This document shows positions 40,508-46,361 of a stretch of DNA of 46,361 bases, in pieces. The notes below the pieces were generated by a model. It was not told the DNA's origin. It was given only the letters and a program-made list of their open reading frames with translations, and did not search any database. Each line of letters opens with the position of its first letter. Position 1 is the stretch's first letter. Origin of the DNA: an uncultured Bacteroidales bacterium (GTDB lineage Bacteria > Bacteroidota > Bacteroidia > Bacteroidales > Paludibacteraceae); the NCBI GenBank assembly GCA_947167395.1, contig CAMVHW010000001.1, positions 1 through 46,361 on the forward strand, in the 5' to 3' direction. The position numbers and the translations under genes are program-made.

Positions 40508-41683
40508 ATGGCACTGATTAAAAGACAACTTGAACAAGTGATAAGGAGTCATATGTTTCAAGGAAAAGCAATTATTCTCGTTGGGGCACGGCAGGTAGGT
40601 AAGTCCACTTTGTTTGAACAGATTCTATTAGACTTACAGTCGAAAATAGAAAAAAATCAAATTCTTGCTATCTACTGTGACGATGCTAATCAACGTGCCT
40701 TCTTGGAAAATTCCAACCTCACAGACTTGCGGCAGCAACTTGCAGGAAAACGCATCGTAATGGTTGATGAAGCGCAACGTATTCAAGGGGTTGGTCTAAA
40801 ACTGAAACTCATAACCGACCATTTTAAGGATGTTCAATTATTAGTAACAGGTTCATCCTCTTTCTTGCTTCAGGGACAACTGAACGATCCGCTTACAGGT
40901 CGCAAGTTCGAATATCACATGTACCCTCTTTCCACTCAAGAAATATATGCTGACGGCGGCTTGATTAGTATAAGACAGACTTTTGAATCACGATTGATTT
41001 ATGGCTCTTATCCGGATGTCGTTACAGGAGCAGGTAACTCGCGAGAAATCCTGATGAATTTATCCGGAAGTTATATGTACCAAGACTTGCTCTCCTTGGA
41101 AGGTGTGCGCAGACCCGTGCTGTTGGAGAAACTATTAGTTGCGTTGGCTCTGCAAGTGGGAAGCGAGGTTTCTTACAGCGAATTGGCACAAACGGTAGGA
41201 ACAGATAACAAGACGGTGGAGAAATATGTTGACTTATTAGAGAAATGCTATATCGTATTCCGCCTGAACGGGTTAAGTAGGAATATGAGAAACGAGTTAA
41301 AGAAATCAAAAAAGATTTACTTTTACGACAATGGTGTTCGCAATGCGGTCATTCAGCAGTTTGCCCCTGTTGAGATGCGCAATGATATGGGGGCGTTGTG
41401 GGAGAACTTCTTCATTTCCGAGCGGATGAAGCATAATCATTATACGGGTCATTATTGCAATACCTATTTTTGGCGCACGAAGTCGCAGCAGGAGATTGAT
41501 TATATCGAAGAGTGCAATGGTCAGATGACTGCGTTTGAGATGAAATGGAATCCGAAAAAAGTCAAAACTCGCTTCCCAAAATCGTTTCTCGAAGCGTATG
41601 ATGTAAAAGAGACAGTCGTCATCACCCCCGATAACTACCTCGACTGGCTGTCGCAAACAGATACGACCGGCACAAACAAATAA
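40508..41683 (+). CDS. AAA+ ATPase (AAA_14-like) with a C-terminal DUF4143-type nuclease-like domain
   Basis: 391 aa from ATG 40508. It has the Walker A GARQVGKST and Walker B IVMVDEAQ. The C-terminal part has ...WRTKSQQEIDYIEE...MTAFEMKW, resembling D/E...ExK. Confidence 0.85.
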   Translation: MALIKRQLEQVIRSHMFQGKAIILVGARQVGKSTLFEQILLDLQSKIEKNQILAIYCDDANQRAFLENSNLTDLRQQLAGKRIVMVDEAQRIQGVGLKLKLITDHFKDVQLLVTGSSSFLLQGQLNDPLTGRKFEYHMYPLSTQEIYADGGLISIRQTFESRLIYGSYPDVVTGAGNSREILMNLSGSYMYQDLLSLEGVRRPVLLEKLLVALALQVGSEVSYSELAQTVGTDNKTVEKYVDLLEKCYIVFRLNGLSRNMRNELKKSKKIYFYDNGVRNAVIQQFAPVEMRNDMGALWENFFISERMKHNHYTGHYCNTYFWRTKSQQEIDYIEECNGQMTAFEMKWNPKKVKTRFPKSFLEAYDVKETVVITPDNYLDWLSQTDTTGTNK

Positions 41684-41820
41684 AAAAGCATACCCCCTAT
41701 CCGTTTTATGAAGGACTTAATTTTGCAACACCCGAGCAAATACTGACAGGTTCCAAAATGGAAACAATTGGTATAGATGCAAAAAATGCAACCGTACAAT
41801 AGTAAAAATAGCGTTAAATA

Positions 41821-42672
41821 ATGAAAGCGAAGTGGGTGATTCTACGGAATGGCAGAGTGCAGAACGAAACTGTATAGATTAACCGCAACCAAATGGCGGT
41901 GCTGTTTAATAGTGATGTTAAAACCATTGGAAAACATATCAACAACGCCTTGCAAGAGGAATTATCTCCAGTTGTCGCAAATTTTGCGACAACTCAAACA
42001 CAAAATCCGGTTGTCGCAATTTTTGCGACAACTGCCACTGACGGCAAGGTGTATCAAGTCGAATACTACAGTTTGGATGTAATTTTGTCAGTAGGCTATA
42101 GAGTCAAGAGTTCACAGGGCATAGAATTTCGCAGATGGGCGAATCAAATTTTGAAAGACTATATGTTGCGCGGCTATGCACTCAATCAACGTTTGCTGAA
42201 TATAGAAAACCAGTTAGTATCACAACAACAGTAATTAGCGCAACACCAAGAAAAGATTGATTTCTTTGTTAGAACGTCTTTGCCACCTGTAGAAGGAATC
42301 TTTTTTGATGGTCAAATCTTCGATGCTTATACATTCGTTAACGATTTGATACGTGCAGCAAGAGATTATATAGTATTGATTGACAACTATGTGGATGATA
42401 GCGTACTGATGATGTTGGACAAGCGTGCAAAAGACGTGACGGCAAAGGTTTACACCAAGAACATCACTCCGCAGTTATCGCTTGATTTGAGAAAACATTA
42501 TGCGCAATACCAACTGATTGAAGTGGAAATATTTGAACGCTCGCACGGCAGATTCTTGTGCATTGACGAAACAGTCTATCATATAGGCGCATCGCTCAAG
42601 GATTTAGGAAAGAAATGGTTTGCGTTTAGCCGTATGGAATGGACAACAACTGAATTATTGGAGAAATTATGA
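41821..42672 (+). pseudogene. RhuM-family (virulence-protein RhuM-like) gene interrupted by two in-frame stop codons
   Basis: One continuous frame is broken only by TAG (41875-41877) and TAA (42232-42234). The fragments in the ORF track are 41893..42234 and 42280..42672. The RhuM core is ...DGKVYQVEYYSLDVILSVGYRVKSSQGIEFRRWANQILKDYMLRGYALNQR. The C-terminal module is ...FFVRTSLPPVEGIFFDGQIFDAY...VYHIGASLKDLGKKWFAFSRM. Confidence 0.7.
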
Positions 42673-42870
42673 ATAGTCCCGCGTGGCGTGCAGTCCGAGA
42701 ACGTAAGTATATAACCTCCTTGAAAATGGGAAGCGAAGGAATATAATAAAAAACAACACCCGATAATTTGACTTGCGTCAGGGACTGACCGGGAATTCCG
42801 ACCGCAAAATCCTATAATTATTTGATATACGCAAATATTTGGAAAGAAAAAGTATAAAATTCAATAATAT

Positions 42871-43776
42871 ATGAAAACAATGAAAGCGAAACCATTTGTC
42901 AAATGGGTGGGCGGGAAGACTCAACTCATTGAACAACTCGAAACACTGCTTCCTGCTGACTTTGACCAATGGGAGAATGTTACTTACATTGAGCCGTTCG
43001 TAGGCGGAGGAGCAATGCTCTTTTATATGCTACAACAGCACTCCAACATCAAATCAGCCATTATCAACGACATTAACCAAGACCTCACAACTTGTTACAA
43101 AGTGGTGAGAGACACTCCGTCTGCTCTTGTCGAATCATTAAAAGAAATTCAAAATGAGTATTATGCCCTTCGCACAGAAGAAACACGAAAAGAGTACTTT
43201 TTACGAATGCGCGATGAGTTTAACACAAAATCATTAGACCCTATCCGCAACACAACTCTGTTTTTCTTTTTGAACCGAACTTGTTTTAATGGTTTGTTCC
43301 GCGTGAATAAATCGGGTTTGTTCAATGTGCCTTTCGGCAAGTATGAAACACCGATGATTTGTGACCCGAATTCAGTTTATGCAGATAGCGAGTTACTACA
43401 AAATGTAGAAATTTTGACAGGGGATTACCAACAGACATTACCTTTCGCAAAGGGAAATACATTATTTTATTTTGACCCGCCATACCGTCCGTTGAGCAAT
43501 ACGAGTAGTTTTAACGACTATTCAAAAGAACCATTCAACGACCTTGCCCAACGACGTTTGAAAGACTTTTGCGACAAAGTGCAAAAGGCAGGATATAAGT
43601 TTATGTTAAGTAATTCTGATTGCAAAGACATGTTCTTTGACGACTTGTATCTGCAATATATTATAGACCGGGTTTGGGCGGCACGTAGTGTCAATGCCAA
43701 TCCAAACAAACGGGGTAAACTACAAGAGATACTTGTACATAACTACTCAGAAACAAAATTAAAACATGCAATATGA
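42871..43776 (+). CDS. Dam/DpnM-family (alpha-class) N6-adenine DNA methyltransferase, probable GATC specificity
   Basis: 301 aa. It has KPFVKWVGGKTQL, motif I EPFVGGGAM upstream of motif IV FDPPY, and NRTCFNGLFRVNKSGLFNVPFG. All are Dam-family hallmarks. Confidence 0.92.
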   Translation: MKTMKAKPFVKWVGGKTQLIEQLETLLPADFDQWENVTYIEPFVGGGAMLFYMLQQHSNIKSAIINDINQDLTTCYKVVRDTPSALVESLKEIQNEYYALRTEETRKEYFLRMRDEFNTKSLDPIRNTTLFFFLNRTCFNGLFRVNKSGLFNVPFGKYETPMICDPNSVYADSELLQNVEILTGDYQQTLPFAKGNTLFYFDPPYRPLSNTSSFNDYSKEPFNDLAQRRLKDFCDKVQKAGYKFMLSNSDCKDMFFDDLYLQYIIDRVWAARSVNANPNKRGKLQEILVHNYSETKLKHAI

Positions 43777-44294
43777 TAAAAGGCGGAATTGGTGGTGGTA
43801 ATACTATCACAGGTTTAATTTATGAAGGTAAGGTTGATTTAGCAACTTTCCTGTCACAACAAAAAGATTATGCTGTTGTAGGTGTTAATGTATTCTACAA
43901 AGGTGAAATTGTAGCACAGACGTTCAAGAAACATCAATTTTATAAATTTCTTGAAAAACGTGGTGTAGATTGGCAAGATCATATTTCCAGACAATTAGTA
44001 CCGGATAACTGTATTTATGTTATCATCAATAATACACTTTTTATTATTGAAGTTAAAACACAACACACAACAGGGAGTGTAGATGAAAAATTACAAACTT
44101 GCGACTTCAAAAAGAAGCAATATCAAAAACTATTGTCTCAATTAAACATAGAAGTGGAATATGTCTATATATTGGATGATTGGTTCAGACAAAAGATATA
44201 CAAAGATGTATTAGACTATATACATAGCGTTCGTTGTCAGTATTATTTCAACTATATACCTTTGCAGAAATTAGGGTTGCCAGTGCCGGAATAA
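43773..44294 (+). CDS. Small PD-(D/E)XK nuclease, presumed restriction endonuclease of the M-R-M operon
   Basis: 173 aa. The ATGA overlap with M1 and the TAATG overlap with M2 indicate coupling. It has GGGNTITGLIYE near the N-terminus, then D78-x14-E93-V-K95 (VPDNCIYVIINNTLFIIEVKTQ) followed by TGSVDEKL. No family was confirmed. Confidence 0.6.
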   Translation: MIKGGIGGGNTITGLIYEGKVDLATFLSQQKDYAVVGVNVFYKGEIVAQTFKKHQFYKFLEKRGVDWQDHISRQLVPDNCIYVIINNTLFIIEVKTQHTTGSVDEKLQTCDFKKKQYQKLLSQLNIEVEYVYILDDWFRQKIYKDVLDYIHSVRCQYYFNYIPLQKLGLPVPE

Positions 44295-45487
44295 TGATGA
44301 AAATTTATTACCAAACACCGACCAAAGACTTCACTCTTCTACACGGCGATTGTATGGAGCGAATGAATGAGATAGAGGACAACTCTATCGATGCAATCTT
44401 TGCCGACCCGCCATATTTTTTAAGCAATGGCGGAATAAGTGTGCAAAGCGGTAAAGTCGTATGTGTGGATAAAGGCGATTGGGACAAAGGCGGTACACCC
44501 GAATACATCTACAATTTCAATCGTCAGTGGCTGTCTCTCTGCCGCTCTAAATTGAAAGATGACGGCACGATTTGGATAAGCGGCACACATCATAATATCC
44601 ACATAGTTATGCGATGTCTGCAAGAATTGGGTTACAAAGTGCTAAATACCATCACTTGGCAGAAAACCGACCCGCCACCAAATCTGTCCTGCAAATACTT
44701 TAATTTTTCCACGGAACTCATCATTTGGGCACGTAAGCACGAGAAGAAAACGCACAAGTTCAATTATGAAACGATGAAGCAGTTGAACGGTGGCACGCAG
44801 ATGACAGATGTATGGCGTATTCCGGCTGTTGGTTTGTGGGAAAAACAGCAAGGCAAGCACCCGACGCAAAAGACCTTGCGTTTGCTTTATCGTATTATCT
44901 TGGCTTCGACTAATGAGGGAGATACAATCCTTGACCCGTTCAGCGGTTCGGGCACAACCGGCATTGCAGCGAATCTGCTCGGTCGCAAATATATCGGTAT
45001 AGAACAAGAAAAGCAATTTTGCGAGTTGGCTTTGCGCCGCCGTGCTGCGCTTGAAGATGCAAACGAACATAAACGGCTTTGTGATAAGATGCGAGAGAAT
45101 CCGCAAGAAACAACGGTTCTCATCAACCACATGCGTGAAACAGACCGAGATTTGGCTATGCAATTAGGTATTACGTATGTGCGTGCCGGAGACAGCAAAG
45201 GTTCGTTGCTTGTCAAACAAGGTTTTGAACGGCTCGGCTATATTTGCTTGCATACCAACGGAGACAATCCGCAACTATTCAAGCAGACCAACAAAGGTTT
45301 TAGGATTTATACGGCTATGGATTTGCAGAATATGGGATTTTCTGCCGAGAACGCACCTTATTATGCAGTCTTCCTCTTTAATCCCAACAAAGAAATATCT
45401 TACGACCAAGCTATTGACCTACACAAAAAGAAATACACACAAGTGGCTCATATACAACCATTAAGTGACTTTGTGAAAATAAAATAA
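44294..45487 (+). CDS. Beta-class N6A/N4C DNA methyltransferase (DpnA / M.MboIC-like) with a ~140-aa C-terminal domain of unknown function
   Basis: 397 aa from ATG 44294. The supplied ORF starts at 44234 inside the R gene. Motif IV FADPPYF precedes motif I DPFSGSGTTG. ITWQKTDPPPNLSCKYF and GKHPTQK are typical of this group. Residues ~258-397 lie beyond the methylase core. Confidence 0.9.
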   Translation: MMKIYYQTPTKDFTLLHGDCMERMNEIEDNSIDAIFADPPYFLSNGGISVQSGKVVCVDKGDWDKGGTPEYIYNFNRQWLSLCRSKLKDDGTIWISGTHHNIHIVMRCLQELGYKVLNTITWQKTDPPPNLSCKYFNFSTELIIWARKHEKKTHKFNYETMKQLNGGTQMTDVWRIPAVGLWEKQQGKHPTQKTLRLLYRIILASTNEGDTILDPFSGSGTTGIAANLLGRKYIGIEQEKQFCELALRRRAALEDANEHKRLCDKMRENPQETTVLINHMRETDRDLAMQLGITYVRAGDSKGSLLVKQGFERLGYICLHTNGDNPQLFKQTNKGFRIYTAMDLQNMGFSAENAPYYAVFLFNPNKEISYDQAIDLHKKKYTQVAHIQPLSDFVKIK

Positions 45488-45663
45488 CAGCATAGTTAAT
45501 GAAAGCGAAGTAAGTAGATATAGAGAATGACTTTCCTCGTCATTGTCCCATATCTGTCTCGTACCTCGCTCGTAAAACAATAGACAAGATAAAAACGAAA
45601 CAAATTGTAACCAACAATACAGCATAAAGAGATAGATAACAAACTTACCTTACTGCAGAAATT

Positions 45664-45930
45664 ATGAATACCCCCTCATACGACATAAATCGAATCATCC
45701 GTATGGAAGCGTTGTTCAACGAGTTGCAAGCCGCTCTGGCAGAAGCCTATCCCGACAAAGCAACGACCGTTTCCCTGCAAGCCAAAGCAGACGAGTTAGC
45801 CGCCTATTACACGTCCGACGAATGGAAAGCGGACTTCCGCGCCGATGAACTTGGACTTCTGCCTAAAGACCTGCCGCGAGGCGTGCTGTCCGAAGACGGC
45901 ATTTACAACCTATTGGAGAATGAGAAATAA
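45664..45930 (+). CDS. DUF4298-like small protein
   Basis: 88 aa. ...YYTSDEWKADFRADELGLLPKDLPRGVLSEDGIYNLL matches my recollection of the DUF4298 family. It lies immediately upstream of hutU. Confidence 0.6.
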   Translation: MNTPSYDINRIIRMEALFNELQAALAEAYPDKATTVSLQAKADELAAYYTSDEWKADFRADELGLLPKDLPRGVLSEDGIYNLLENEK

Positions 45931-45947
45931 TTAAAAACCAACATACT

Positions 45948-46361
45948 ATGAACGCTTTCCAACAAGAAATCTTGGCAGGCATCGGCACCACCCTGCCCCA
46001 AGCCAAGCCTTACGACCCGAGTATCAACCACGCCCCCAAGCGCAAAGACATCCTCACCGACGAGGAGAAAGTGCTTGCCCTCAAGAACGCCCTACGCTAT
46101 TTCCCCAAGGAGCACCACGCCGTGCTGGCGCCCGAGTTCGCGCAGGAGTTGAAGGACTACGGCCGCGTCTATATGTACCGCTACCGCCCGTCCTACGACA
46201 TCTACGCCCGTCCCATCGACGAGTACCCCGCCCGTTCCAAGCAGGCTGCGGCTATTATGGCGATGATTCAGAACAACCTTGACCCCCGCGTGGCGCAGCA
46301 CCCGCACGAACTCATCATCTATGGCGGAAACGGTGCCATCTTCCAGAACTGGGCGCAGTAC
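45948..46361 (+). CDS. hutU: Urocanate hydratase (5' partial; runs off the window)
   Basis: An open frame runs from ATG 45948 to the window end. It is absent from the ORF track because there is no stop. MNAFQQEILAGIGTT...LALKNALRYFP...NLDPRVAQHPHELIIYGGNGAIFQNWAQY is the urocanase N-terminal region. Confidence 0.93.
   Translation, partial: MNAFQQEILAGIGTTLPQAKPYDPSINHAPKRKDILTDEEKVLALKNALRYFPKEHHAVLAPEFAQELKDYGRVYMYRYRPSYDIYARPIDEYPARSKQAAAIMAMIQNNLDPRVAQHPHELIIYGGNGAIFQNWAQY

Noticed and set aside
41875-42234. Stop-codon reassignment or programmed readthrough as an explanation for the in-frame TAG and TAA in the RhuM gene.
   Set aside because: TAA, TAG and TGA all act as ordinary terminators for the other ~45 genes in the window. 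Their products end at family-typical lengths. Pseudogenisation is the simpler reading.
42777-42799. Short palindromes upstream of the R-M operon (gtcag-gga-ctgac at 42777-42789; ggaattcc at 42792-42799) as a possible C-box or operator.
   Set aside because: The arms are only 4-5 bp, there is no controller-protein gene, and such palindromes are expected by chance.
44464-44472. Perfect DnaA-box complement (tgtggataa), together with the presence of mnmG (gidA), as a hint of oriC.
   Set aside because: It is a single box inside the M2 coding sequence, with no cluster of boxes and no AT-rich unwinding element. One 9-mer hit is within chance expectation for 46 kb on two strands.

Overview
The window looks like a Bacteroidota (Bacteroidales-like) chromosomal segment. 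Supporting evidence: recurrent TAnnTTTG -7 promoter boxes, a GldH lipoprotein, an ExbB/ExbD cluster and a serine-palmitoyltransferase-like gene. Most of it is housekeeping: gcvT, pepT, exbB-exbD-exbD, tRNA-Ser(GGA), panC, pdxB, a MATE pump, mrp, mdh, gap, fba, an OPT transporter, trmB, holB, a CCA-adding enzyme, cysS, mnmG, apt, uvrC, tsaE, proBC, and the histidine-utilisation genes ftcD and hutU (hutU is 5' partial at the right edge). There are two non-core patches. (1) At ~34.2-36.9 kb lie small secreted, lipoprotein and LRR-fragment ORFs. One gene there is frameshifted inside its signal peptide, and ~0.7 kb is non-coding. (2) At ~40.1-45.6 kb an accessory, defence-type block sits between ftcD/ZIP/flavin-reductase and DUF4298/hutU. 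It holds an AAA+/DUF4143 ATPase and a RhuM-family gene with two in-frame nonsense codons and an internal 39-bp duplication. It also holds a translationally coupled M-R-M restriction-modification operon. That operon has a Dam-like alpha methylase, an unusually small 173-aa PD-(D/E)XK nuclease, and a DpnA-like beta methylase with an unexplained ~140-aa C-terminal domain. This operon is the best candidate for something not yet described. No integrase, transposase, CRISPR array or rRNA is present. Other oddities are a 32-aa amphipathic C-terminal extension on GAPDH and a G-rich tract plus a 44-bp tandem repeat at the left edge. All family assignments come from reading the translations and motifs; no database search was run.
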